Assembly: GCA_032718475.1 (NCBI GenBank)
Contig: JAUCBJ010003019.1
Coordinates: forward strand, 1 to 44,261
From: Nemertoderma westbladi
Taxonomy: Eukaryota > Animalia > Xenacoelomorpha
Length of the DNA stretch: 44,261 bases
Direction of reading: 5' to 3'
In this document: in pieces, positions 1 through 11,268 of the stretch
Layout of the letters: every line of letters begins with the position of its first letter
Numbering within the stretch: position 1 is the first letter of the stretch
Made by a program: the position numbers and the translations under genes
The notes under the pieces: generated by a model
The model's database searches: none
What the model was told of the DNA's origin: nothing
What the model saw: only the letters and a program-made list of their open reading frames with translations

Positions 1-2
1 CT

Positions 3-2813
3 TACTTGTACCACAGGAAACTCTCGGATCCCTACATTGGAGGATGTCTCTTTCCAAGGTGGTTGTCGTTCAGAAGTAGTTAGAGTAAAGTCGTTGTCTG
101 GATCCTTTTCATATGTGAGTGCTCGATACACTGCGGTATTTATCATGTAACAGGATTCGTTTTCGTCAGAGAACTCATCTGTATAGAATCCTTCCATCTC
201 AGATTGATCAGTGTCGTTCACATCACTGAATTGGACATGTAGCTCGGAATCACTTACCTGATTCGGACTATTTCGATCGAATTCAGCGTGAAACAAGATA
301 TGATGTTTCGCACCACACTTTGCACATCTTATGTCCGAGAAACAGGTACGCCGTTGGTGTCCTTGTCTGAGGCAATTATAACATAACCGCTTATCCCACA
401 TAACTTCGCGTCTCTCCGTTAATGATTTCTTTAGAAATTCATCACACCTATTCAAATAGTGGGTCCCGTCACACAGCGCACATTTTGGTTTGATGTTACT
501 TACCTTATTCTGAGTCACATTGTGTACACTTGCCTTTTCTTCGGGCTTTCTCACCTGAATTCTCTTGGGAGACGTGGGAGGAGTTTTTCTTACCTGTTCC
601 CTCCTGTCATTTGTTCGAGACTTAAATTTACTTACCTGATCTTTAGGCATTTTATTCACGTAATAAGATCTATCCGTGTCCTTCCCGCTATCTTCTCCTT
701 GAGAAGTCTGGCTTTCGCCGTCATCGGTATAACATACTGGTGTTATTTTTCTCCTAGAGATGGGTTTTTCACTTACCTTGTTTTCCGTTGTTTTCTCCCT
801 AGACAGTTTCAGGAGCTGTAATTTCACTTCTCCATCTAGGAATGACATGAGATCAGCCATGGTAGGGTCTCGCCGTTGTTGTTCCATCATATATAACACT
901 TTCTTATCCCAGCGTGTACCTACTCCACCTTTAGGTAAAGTAGAAGCCACTGCTCTAATAACCATAGTGTTCTGATACTCATGAGACTTACCTAGCCAGT
1001 CTAATTGTCTGCAGATCTCCTGGATCTCATCGGAAAACTCGATAATTCCGCTACTAATAAACTTTCGGGGCGCTACTAACTTGGCATACAAGTACCCAGC
1101 GATATTATTCCTTTTACCATACCTGATGTTTAGTGTATCCCAAACTTGTCTTAATCCGTCTGGATGTCCAATAAACTTTAACGCCATTAACTTGGGAGAT
1201 CCTTCCAAGCACTCGATGAGGTATCTAAGTTTTTCTCCATTAGATAGTACAGAGTTCTGTATGTTATCTTTGTAATATTCATTAAAAGGTAACCATTTCA
1301 TCTCATCTCCATTGAACTTGACGATCTCTCCAACCTTTACCGCTTGCCGGGCTTCGGTTCTAGCCATTTGACGCGTAAAACTTTCTTGGGCCATCGTGCT
1401 ATTTAATATCGAGTTATCGGTATATAAATTTCTCGGATTATGATCAGTTCTATAGGGAATATCATTATCAACAGGTCTATAATTACCCTTAATAGGGTTC
1501 ACTATAGGAGTTTCTACTTCGCTAGCAGTATAGATGCGTGTAGGCTCCACACCTTGCGCATGAGATACTTCAGACCTAACGGGTTGACACATTGTTACAG
1601 AGGGTGGTGGTATACCTCTTTGAGTATTTACTAATTTATCGCGCTCTAGCGCGATACTTTGCTGCACTTCTTGCAACTCTAGTCTACTTTCCCTTACTGT
1701 GCCCTTGAATTGCTGGACAGTCTCCTGCATCTGCCCGAGCAGGATATCCATCCCCCGCCGTCTCTCGTCCACCCATTCGACCGCCGAAGCGGGAGTCGCC
1801 AACGTTGTAGCGGGCGGACGAGGGACAACGGGCGACAAATTATGAATATTTCGCTCGGGGTCCAGGACCTGAACTGTCTCTGGGGTAGTTCTACGGGGCA
1901 CAGGTAGCTTAGTGCTATGCAGAGGGAATTTAGAAGTAGTTTCAGGGAGCACAGGTGTATCTGTCACCGAAGGGGTGATTTCAAGAACAGGCCTAATTAT
2001 TTCAGGCTCATCTACTATAGTAGGGAGTCTTTCTATTTTAATTATTTGGTCTGTGGGCTCTGTACTACCTAAGTTGGTGTTATTTAGTTGCCTTCTAACA
2101 GCTGGAGGCAAATCAGGCAATTTCTGACGGTGGAATGTTCTTTTACGTCTGCTTAGACGAGATCTATTTCCTTTGCCTTCAGTATCGGTGGTATCGCCTT
2201 CCTCAGATGATGTATATCCCTGTCTTTTGGGAGTAGATCGATTCATCATCTGCATATTGCTAGCCGTTAACTGTTTATTTATGCAGTCTTGATTCTCTTG
2301 AATGTTTTCCAATTCTAATTGGTTGGTTTCTTCGGCCGCTTTTGCCTCTGCCGCTGCCGCTTTTGCCTCTGCCGCTGCCTCTGCCGCTGCCGCTTTTCTT
2401 TCAGCTTCGGCCGCCTTTGCCTCTGCCGCTGCCTCTGCCGCTGCCGCTTTTCTTTCAGCTTCGGCTACTTTCCTTTCCGCTTCGGCAGCTGCTACTGCTG
2501 CTTTCTTTCTGTCTTCTATACGTTTTTTCTTGACTTGTTCTTCTTGGACTCGTGTGATGCGGAGTTGTTCATCAAATTTAGCCTGGTTCGCAGCTAACAT
2601 TTCCGCATCGATGGCATCCAATACAAGCTTGGTTCCTTCACTATTAGGGCTAAGCCCCTCCAGCCTTCTCCTCAACTCGTCATCACCTAAAAAACGTTGA
2701 TAGTCTGACAGATAGATGTCAATAGCATCTCTCTTATGCGGTTTCTCTGCTGTCACTTCGCTCTCGGTTGTATCTAGTAGACTGTCTGACAGGTTCTGCT
2801 TTGCGTCAGACAT
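3..2813 (-). CDS. BEL/Pao Gag-(Pro) polyprotein, 5' part, open to the window edge (~937 codons): Ala/Glu coiled coil, capsid-like region, three Zn knuckles
   Basis: ATG at 2813 reads MSDAKQNLSDSLLDTTESEV. The same frame at the left edge reads SNVGIREFPVVQV, matching A's pre-protease SNVGIREFPVVQL. It is absent from the ORF track, consistent with no stop before the edge. Confidence 0.85.
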   Translation of the reverse strand, partial: MSDAKQNLSDSLLDTTESEVTAEKPHKRDAIDIYLSDYQRFLGDDELRRRLEGLSPNSEGTKLVLDAIDAEMLAANQAKFDEQLRITRVQEEQVKKKRIEDRKKAAVAAAEAERKVAEAERKAAAAEAAAEAKAAEAERKAAAAEAAAEAKAAAAEAKAAEETNQLELENIQENQDCINKQLTASNMQMMNRSTPKRQGYTSSEEGDTTDTEGKGNRSRLSRRKRTFHRQKLPDLPPAVRRQLNNTNLGSTEPTDQIIKIERLPTIVDEPEIIRPVLEITPSVTDTPVLPETTSKFPLHSTKLPVPRRTTPETVQVLDPERNIHNLSPVVPRPPATTLATPASAVEWVDERRRGMDILLGQMQETVQQFKGTVRESRLELQEVQQSIALERDKLVNTQRGIPPPSVTMCQPVRSEVSHAQGVEPTRIYTASEVETPIVNPIKGNYRPVDNDIPYRTDHNPRNLYTDNSILNSTMAQESFTRQMARTEARQAVKVGEIVKFNGDEMKWLPFNEYYKDNIQNSVLSNGEKLRYLIECLEGSPKLMALKFIGHPDGLRQVWDTLNIRYGKRNNIAGYLYAKLVAPRKFISSGIIEFSDEIQEICRQLDWLGKSHEYQNTMVIRAVASTLPKGGVGTRWDKKVLYMMEQQRRDPTMADLMSFLDGEVKLQLLKLSREKTTENKVSEKPISRRKITPVCYTDDGESQTSQGEDSGKDTDRSYYVNKMPKDQVSKFKSRTNDRREQVRKTPPTSPKRIQVRKPEEKASVHNVTQNKVSNIKPKCALCDGTHYLNRCDEFLKKSLTERREVMWDKRLCYNCLRQGHQRRTCFSDIRCAKCGAKHHILFHAEFDRNSPNQVSDSELHVQFSDVNDTDQSEMEGFYTDEFSDENESCYMINTAVYRALTYEKDPDNDFTLTTSERQPPWKETSSNVGIREFPVVQV

Positions 2814-2899
2814 GCTTATGTGTACAGTTGAATGTCTACTGCTGTATTACAGTCTGAGCAAGTCTAGTAACTCAGTATTAACTGCTAGCCTAGTAATTA

Positions 2900-3315
2900 A
2901 TTACCGGTACTGCTACTCAGTGTAGCGTGATATATATAATATATTAGAATACCGGTGGTATGCTTATAGTATATATAACTATTATTACAGACTAGGTTTA
3001 TCACAGAATACCGGTATAATTTTAGCACAAATATATATAAATATATAATAGGCCTATCGGAATACCGGTATACAGCTTACAGTTTGTAGTATATATAATT
3101 CTGGACTAGAATTAATTACAAGTACCGGTATAATTTCAGCCTAAATTTATAGAAATAAAGATAATAGGCCTATCGTAAATACCGGTATGCAGTTTACACT
3201 TATAGTGTATATATATAAGTATAATTACAAACTAGAATTAATTACAAGTACCGGTATAATTTCAGCCGAAATTTATAGAAATAAAGATAATAGGCCTATC
3301 GTAAATACCGGTATA
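2900..3315. repeat. AT-rich degenerate tandem repeats (~60/120 bp) each built around palindromic TACCGGTA, in the 5' UTR of B
   Basis: TACCGGTA recurs about every 60 nt. A homologous inverted copy lies at 7425-7720. Confidence 0.75.
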
Positions 3316-4252
3316 TCAATTATTTTAAATAATTGAATTTCTGAATTTTAGGGTTACTTGGTTACTTTACTTACTTTATTACCGTTATTGAGCAGTAGTC
3401 CAACTGATATTGAGACCTAATTGTTGTATGGCAGGCCTACTATTTATAAATCGTTTGAGTTGATTTATAATATATATATACCCGTTTAATGGGTTTTGTC
3501 AATGTTGAAATAAATGTTATTATTTCTGGGGAGTAATCACTACACAAAGCGGTGCGCTTTCAGTGAAGTGTTACTTATAGGACACTAAAACAAATAATTC
3601 TAATTTACCTAAGTTACTTAATACTACAAATTACGTACAATTCGGGTTGAGATTATAATCTCTAAATAAACACAAAAATTTACAAAAACGCAAATACGAA
3701 TTTTCAGGGTAATTTTACAAGAAGTCTACAAACCAGTCTAACAAAGGGTTAGAATCTGGTTATTACAACGGACAGGGTACTACGGTATTTGAAATAATAA
3801 GTAGTAGTAAATACACTGCGTTGTCTAGATAGGAAAATACCACCGCCTGACGACCTATAGCCGTATCGCTATAGGTTCTACGTTATGTATCACGGAGTGT
3901 TCCTACCTAGAAGTTAATAGAGCTAATCGAATGTGCCTATCAACCACTTTACAACACAGATATAATGTCTACAATAATTACTTCGGAAAGTACTGTACAC
4001 TAAACCCTAAATTAGGTACGAGTACTTGTATAACAGATAATCAGTAGTTAGATATACTTGAACAGCTAAAAGAACCACGGCATCTGCTGGAGTGACCGAT
4101 GCACAAAATCACCAGTCTTTACCTACGCCGAGCAGCCCGTGTAGTACCGGGGTTAATTTAACTATAGCGGTATGTATAACAAACACAATTACTGTAGGAA
4201 CAAACTTGGGGAATGAATGTTGCGAATAATCGCATAAACTCTGAATAATAAA

Positions 4253-4825
4253 TATTACGCTACGCGTACAAACTACTCAAACAAAATACAGACCGAACAC
4301 TGACAGACTACTATCAAGACTAAACAAACTACGGTATATGCAGACTCCGAAATGATTAGGGAGTATGCGCTCTAACCCAGTAGTGCGACTTATTCTTTAG
4401 TTGGGGGTTTACCTTACAGCGTTCGCTGCCCCTACTGCCTAACTGTACTTAATCGGACAGATGATCTACACACGCGGCAATCCGCTCAGACCTAATAACA
4501 GCCAGACAACTATCCAGCCTACAAATTATCTAAGTAAAATTATACGCTACCCGTACAGACTTACACAAACAAAGTACAGACTAAACGATGGCAGACTACT
4601 CTCAAGCCCAAATAAACCTCAGGACATGCAGACTCCGAAATGATTAGGGAGTATGCGCTCTAACCCAGTAGTGCGACTTATTCTTTAGTTGGGGGTTTAC
4701 CTTACAGCGTTCGCTGCCCCTACTGTCTAATCGTACTTAATCGGACAGGTGATCTACACACACTGCAATTCGTTCGGACTTAACAGCAATCAGACAACAG
4801 CTCAGCCTACAAATCGTCTGTACAA
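4253..4825. repeat. ~289-bp tandem duplication in the 5' UTR of B
   Basis: GACTCCGAAATGATTAGGGAGTATGCGCTCTAACCCAGTAGTGCGACTTATTCTTTAGTTGGGGG occurs at ~4343 and ~4631. Confidence 0.85.
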
Positions 4826-5098
4826 TCTGATCAGGCTTACACGCCTTCTGTTCAATACTGGCCTACAAATAAATAAAACTTGACAGAAATAAGTAAACCA
4901 TATAAAGGTATAAGGGGTGATCAATCCCTAATCCCCTAAACAGCCTACCGGTATACAACAATCAAATCGAATAATACTAGTGTACTTATACGGCAGTACC
5001 GGTTAGAACAGTTAGGCCTACTGACCTACAGGTGTACCGTTCAGGTTTACCGGTTGACCGGTACTTTCAACTTTATTGCTTACTGCAACAAAGAAGCA

Positions 5099-5109
5099 AT
5101 ATCCTTTAA
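5099..5109 (-). promoter_or_regulatory. Non-tRNA primer-binding site of B (TTAAAGGATAT), complementary to LTR segment 5865-5875
   Basis: Abuts the LTR end (GCGCGAACA). No TGG is present. A perfect 11-nt complement lies inside the LTR. Confidence 0.6.
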
Positions 5110-6315
5110 TGTTCGCGCTTTCAGACCTTTGGCAGTTTAACCCGCCAAATTAAGATGTCTTCTAGATATTAAATCGCTTTTTAGCCTATGACAAGTATTT
5201 GATTCACTACACTAGTCGAAACCAATCCGTGCGCGACCATTCACCCGCTGGATATTCCCGGGAGATTGGGTTCGACGGTTTAATTTTATTGCTATGTAAG
5301 CTTAATGTATTATTCGACTGACAGTATTATATAATCTCTGACAATATTATTCACCTTCGGGAATATTAACAGTTCCTTTAGGACGTGGCGCTTTATCTAT
5401 ATAAACAGAGTTATGACTTAAACTACTCACAACGATATGGCTTAATTATAATTCACATATATGGCGCATTCTTTAGGAATTGCTTCTTTAACAGACTCGC
5501 TCATACGCAATGCTGCACAATACTGCACACTAATCTGCCAATCTTCACTGATTTTAATCACATATAAAAGGAACACAGACTGATTCATGTAGGGTCTATC
5601 AAATAACATTAGATTCACTTCAAACCACTTTAACATAAGTCACAATCGTTATTGGTAACCTTTCTCTCTTACCTTCGGTATATCAAGAATATTGGGTGTC
5701 GGGGTTATTTCTCGTTATTCCAATATAATAATTCATCAACAAATATAATGAATAACCGACAACAAATAGCAGTATGCAGTATTCACAGATCAATCGTGCC
5801 AGTTTGTTTTGATATCTACAGAGTTTAAAGCCAGGTTGTTTGATGCGTAATTGCAGCCAGGTAGTTAAAGGATATATGTCCTTGTAATTAAACCTACTAG
5901 TGTTGAGCTAAAAAGCATAAAACATAAAACACTACAAAGCCGTTCTTTCGTGGCTTTGAAAAACTCGTGACTACTGCTCTATACGAGGATACCAACTCCC
6001 TTATTCCACGAAGCTCCCGTTCAACACAGAGAAAGAGCAGTGAGATAGGAAATTTTCAGTTCAGTACTCTGTGATAGGTCGAAATCAAGGCTAACTCAAA
6101 TTCTATTGGGAGATACAAAACAAGGCTATGACGCAACCTCCCTAGGCTTGTTGGCCGATTAAACAGAGCCCAGATGCCTGCGTACAGCAAATCAGCCAAT
6201 AAGTTGGTAACTTGCACTATTTTTAGTTATAGATCACTTTGAGAGTATTCTTAGCGACTGGGGGGGAACTGGCCAACAAGGCAAACGAATCAGTTATCCC
6301 ACAAAAGCTTTTACA
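5110..6315 (-). repeat. 5' LTR of element B (1206 bp)
   Basis: Minus strand reads TGTAAAAGCTTTTG...GCGCGAACA; the A LTR reads TGTAAAGGCTTTTG...GCGCGAACA. 5110-5810 aligns by eye with 36290-37012. Confidence 0.85.
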
Positions 6316-7424
6316 CCCCCGAAAGAATAAGTCGTACTACTCAGTTAGAACGCATACTAACTAACCATTTCGGAGTCTGCATATACTGTAGTTTATTTAG
6401 GCTTGATAGTAGTCTGCCAGCGTTTGGTCTGTATTTTGTTTGTGTAGTCTGTAAGGGTAGCGTAATATTTATTATTCAGAGTTTATGCGATTATTCGCAA
6501 CATTCATACCCCCAAGTTTATTCCTACAGTAATTGTGCTTGTTATCCATACCGTTATAGTTAAATTAACCCTGGTACTACATCAGGGCTGTTTGGCGTAG
6601 GTAAAGACTGGAGATTTTATGCTTTGGTCACTCCGGCAGATACCGTGTTTCTTTTAGCTGTACAAGTATTTTTAACTGCTGGTTATTTGTTGTATAAGTA
6701 CTTGTACCTAATTTAGGGTTTAGTGTACAGTGCTTTCCGAAGGTAATTAGTGTGTAGGCAGTATATTTGTGTTGTAAAGTGGTTAATAGGCACGTTGGCT
6801 CTGGTAGGCCGCGGTAATTAACTTCTAGGTAGGAACACTCCGTGTACATAACGTAGTACTTATAGCTCTACGGCTATAAGTCGTCAGACGGTGGTATTTT
6901 TCCTATCTGGACAACACAATATATTTACTACTGCTTTATTATTTTCAAATACCGTATTATCCTGTCCGTTTGTAATAACCAGATATTCTAACCCTTTGTT
7001 AGGCTGGTTTGTAGACTTCTTGTAAAATTACCCTAAAATTTGTACGTGTAATTTTTTGTGTTTATTTAGAGATTGTAATCTCACCCCGTAATTGTACGTA
7101 ATTTGTAGTATTAAGTAACTTAGGCAAATTAGAATTATTTGTTTTAGTGTCCAACAAGTAGCACTTCACTGAGAGCGTACAGCTTCTGTGTAGTGACTCC
7201 TTCCCAGAAATAATAACGTTTATTTCAAATATTGACAAAACCCATTAAACTGGTATATATATATTATAAATCAACTCCAACCGATTTATAAAATAGTAGG
7301 ACAGTCTTACAACAATTAGGTCTTAATGTCAGTTGGACTACTGCTTAAATAACGGTAATAAAGTAAAGTAAAGTAACCAAGTAACCCTAAAATTCAGAAA
7401 CTCAATTATTCTAAAATAATTGAT

Positions 7425-7720
7425 ATACCGGTATTCACGATAGGCTTATTATATATTTCTATATATTTGTGCTGAAATTATATACCGGTATTCTGTAATT
7501 AATTCTAGTCTATAATTATACTTATATATACTATAAGTGTAAGCTGTATACCGGTATTCACGATAGGCTTTTTATATATTTCTATATATTTGTGCTGAAA
7601 TTATATACCGGTATTCTGTGACAAACCTAGTCTGTAATAATGCTTATATATATACTATAAGTGTATACCGGTACTCTAATATATTGTATATATATCACGT
7701 TACATAGAGTAACGATATCG
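7425..7720. repeat. TACCGGTA-containing tandem repeats in the 5' UTR of A
   Basis: ~120-bp duplicated unit (TATACCGGTATTCACGATAGGCTT...GTGCTGAAATTATATACCGGTATTCTGT), inverse of 2900-3315. Confidence 0.75.
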
Positions 7721-7748
7721 GTAATTAATTACTAGGCTAACAGTTGAT

Positions 7749-8389
7749 CTACTACTACTAGGATCGGCATGCTGCATTGCAGCTGCATTTTTAAGAATGC
7801 TGTGCCGGCTTATCAACAAAATTGCACCGCCACAACTCCCTATCACCCATGACATTTGCTAGATCATCCGCATCTTTAAGGCCAGTGTCCTTTAAGATGC
7901 GTCTCAAGAAAGTCATGGGCTGTCCACCATGCTTATTCACTCCACGAGGCTGCCAAAGTACAAGATTATGCACTGGCTGGTCCTCACGGCGAAAGCAATG
8001 TCCTGCAAAGCGGAGGCGATTTTGTTCTAGTGTCAAGCTTGGGGGAACCAATGAGACACCTCCAATGTTATATAGTGTCTGGTTGGAGATGTGTGCATTG
8101 TACTTGACACAATGAACCCGGCGTAGCATTCTTGTGAATGTGCCATCCAGAGATTTGTTGTCCTCAGCAGTTAGAGCCCAGCATGGACTCCCATAGAGGA
8201 GTACTGGAACTACTGCTGCTCTAAATAATCGGACCTTAAGTTTCCGATTAATTCTCGGTGTCTTCCAAATCCTGGAAAGCCTATTCAAGGCTGCCCATGC
8301 CTTTCCCTTACGTATTCGAAGGTCCTCACCTGACTTCCGGATCCATGATCCCAGGTAACAGAAGTCGTCCATATGCTCAAGCATACAGC
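7749..8389 (-). mobile_element. 5'-truncated RTE-clade LINE (C-terminal 197 codons, 7791-8384) with (TAG)n tail and 10-bp TSD AACAGTTGAT
   Basis: Protein FCYLGSW...RLFRAAVVPVLLYGS...RLRFAGHCFRR is related to the RTE at 37-40.6 kb. TSD at 7739-7748 and 8390-8399. The homologous site in B is empty. Confidence 0.92.
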
Positions 8390-8462
8390 AACAGTTGATA
8401 CTGAACTACTAGACTTGCTTTAACTGTTATATAGCAGTAGGCATTCAACTGTACAAACAAAC

Positions 8463-10755
8463 ATGTCTGACACAAAGCAAAACCTGTCAGACAGTCTCCT
8501 AGATACAACCATCTGTGACCCAGACAGGAGTGTGGAACGTGTGAGACCAAAGTTCAACCTCCTACTGTAAGAAAGATCATCCCTCCAGTAGTAGTATCAG
8601 ACCCTAGGCTAGTCCAACACCGTAGGTCTATCATAGGCACTCGGGCTCAAGTCAAGCGGGATCAAGAAGCAGCTGTCAAACAGCAGCAACAAGCGAGCCG
8701 AGAACTTATTTCTCAGCGGCCCGATAGCTCCAGTAGTTCAGATACTGTAGAGCTGACACCCGAGCGCGGAGCAGAGATGGCAGATGCGGTTTATTCAGAC
8801 CCCCTTCTCATTCTTCCTGCAGCCGTACTCACTAGGTTATTGATTGCGGTCGAAGAACACCAAATCGATTGGGCGAGAAGTAAGCGATCGACCAAGGATA
8901 GTTATGCGGGATACACAAGGGTGGAACTGAAGTCTATTGTCGAGTCGCAATGGAACTTCCCCGGACCCAGACTCCCGTTTAACTTATCGGAAGCTACCTG
9001 GGAAGACTTACACAGGATGGGAGTGACAAAGGACACTAGTGATCCGGCTGTGTGGAAGAGGTCGGCAGCAGGATATGTACAGAGATTCTTCAGCTCTTTG
9101 GAGCGATTAGAGGAACAACTGTTTCAACAACCCCAAGGACCTCAAGAGCAGGGAGAGCTGCTTTATCAAGTTCGAGAAAGAACTCTAAGAATCAGACTAA
9201 TCTTATCGGCCTTTGAGGAAGCTTCGAAAAGAAAACAAGACACGTCGTTGCAAGTTGCCGTAAAGACTTAGTTCCAGCGGGTGGGTCTCAAGGTTCAAGG
9301 AACGGCCCAGTGGAAATCTCAGCTGGCTGAGCGCTCAACCCATGGAGAATCAACAGACGCTACCTTTTCTCAAGTGTAAAGCGAAGCGACAGCAGAGAAA
9401 CCGCAGAGGAGGGACGCTATTGACATCTATCTGTCAGACTATCAACGATTTCTAGGCGATGAAGAGTTGAGGAGAAGGCTGGCTGGACTTCGCCCTAATA
9501 GTGAAGAAGCCAAGCTTGTGTTGGACGCAATAGATGCGGAAATGTTAGCTGCGAACCAAGCTAAATTTGATGAACGCCTCCGCATCGCTAGAGTCCAAGA
9601 AGAACAAGTAAAGAAAAAACGTATAGAAGACAGAAAGACAGCAGCAGCGGCAGTGGCAGAAGTTGAAAGAAAAGTGGCAGTGGCAGCGGCAGAAGCGGAA
9701 AGAAAAGCAGAAGAGGCAGTGGCAGAAGCAGAACGGAGAGTGTCTGAAGAGACCACCCAACTAGAGTTGGAAAATCTTCAAGAGAATCAAGACTACATAA
9801 ATAAACAGTTAGCAGCTAGTCAGATGCAGATGATAAGTCGATCTACTCCCAAAAGGCAGGGATTTACATAATCTGATGAAGGCGATACTACCGATCCTGA
9901 AGGTGGAGGAAATAGATCTCGTCTAAACAGGCGTAGAAGAATCCCCCACCATCAGAAATTGCCTGATTTGCCCCCAGCTGTGAGAAGGCAACTAGCTAGC
10001 ACGGACTTAGGTAGTACAGAACCCACAGACCAAATTATTAGAGTAAAAAGACTCCCTACTATAGTAGATGAACCTGAAATAATTAGGCCTGTTCTCGAAG
10101 CCACCCCCTCTGTGATAGAGACCCCTGTACTTCCAGAACCCAACTCTAAATTCCCTTTGCACAGCACTAAACTACCTGTGCCCAGCAGAACAGCCCCTGA
10201 AACAGCTCCTGTCCTGGACTCCGAGCGAAATATCAATGATTTGTTGCCCATTGTCCCTCGTCCGCCCGCTACTATGTTGGCGGCTCCCGCTTCGGCGGTT
10301 GAGTGGGTGGATGAGGGACGGCGGGGGATGGATCTCCTGCTCAGGCAGATGCAGGAGACGGTCCAACAGTTCAATGGCACAGTAACGGAAAGTAGGTTAG
10401 AGTTGCAAGAAGTGCAGCAAAGTATCGCATTAGAACGCGATAAATTGGTAAATACCCAAAGGGGTATACCACCAACCCCAGTAACAATGTGTCAACCTGC
10501 TAGGTCTGAAGTATTTCATGCGCAAGGTGTGGAGCCTACACGCATCTATACTGCTAGTGAAGTAGAAACTCCTATAGTAAACCCTATTAAGGGTAATTAT
10601 AAACCTGTTGACAATGATATTCCATATAGACCTGATCATAATCCGAGAAATTTATATACCGATAACTCGATATTAAATAACACGATGGCCCAAGAAAGTT
10701 TTACACGTCAAATGGCTAGAACCGAAGCCCGTCAAGCGGTAAAGGTGGGAGAGAT
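8463..10755 (+). pseudogene. A gag, N-terminal part (stops and frameshift; pieces 8777-9271, 9467-9871, 9959-10755)
   Basis: ATG 8463 reads MSDTKQNLSDSLLDTT, homologous to the B start. Premature stops are present (e.g. 9869-9871). Cut by a LINE at 10755. Confidence 0.85.
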
Positions 10756-11268
10756 TTTTTTTTTTTAACATTTATTATCCAAAGAAGAGGACAATTGGGC
10801 AACAAGCCGAAGCTTATGAGAGCCCTCTTGTCAATAATTACAATACAATTTGCACAACAGACATACAAAGGAAAGAAGCACAGTGCACATACCCAGGTAC
10901 TACTACATAAAAAGGAACGAGGTATCACACACACAACACATACCCAAACCAAAAACATACGTGAAGATCCAGCGCAGTAGGAAGTTGAAAAATTGATATC
11001 CCAAAAGTAAGCCAGCAATTAAGCGATCAGTAGAGTGAATATAGAAAATTACTGTTACAACTAAGTGGAATAAAAAAAAAAAAAATTTTTTTGTGTGTTG
11101 CAACCACAAATGTTGGAAATTAAAATTTGTAGAGGCGAAGATTTAGGTTAAAAAAGAATTACTATAGGTTCGGTTGTAATTTAAAAAAATAATATCTGGG
11201 TTTATTGTAGGTTATTCATTTCATTAAGATAATGAGCGTCTAGGTCGCCGTGCCGATGTCGGATGACA

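Larger units (their letters stand above)
1..6315 (-). mobile_element. BEL/Pao LTR retrotransposon element B (5' part only: LTR, long 5' UTR, gag to start of protease), inserted antisense into the 5' UTR of sister element A
   Basis: 1-4400 is the reverse complement of A segments 6320-10755 and 17104-18430. The minus-strand LTR at 6315->5110 has TGT...ACA termini and is homologous to the A 3' LTR. Sequence beyond 6315 is A UTR. Confidence 0.88.

Noticed and set aside
459-2925. Plus-strand ORFs in the track (and similar ORFs at 9442-10639, 16371-16799, 19608-20264, 24312-26983)
   Set aside because: Antisense or off-frame shadows of retroelement ORFs and codon repeats.
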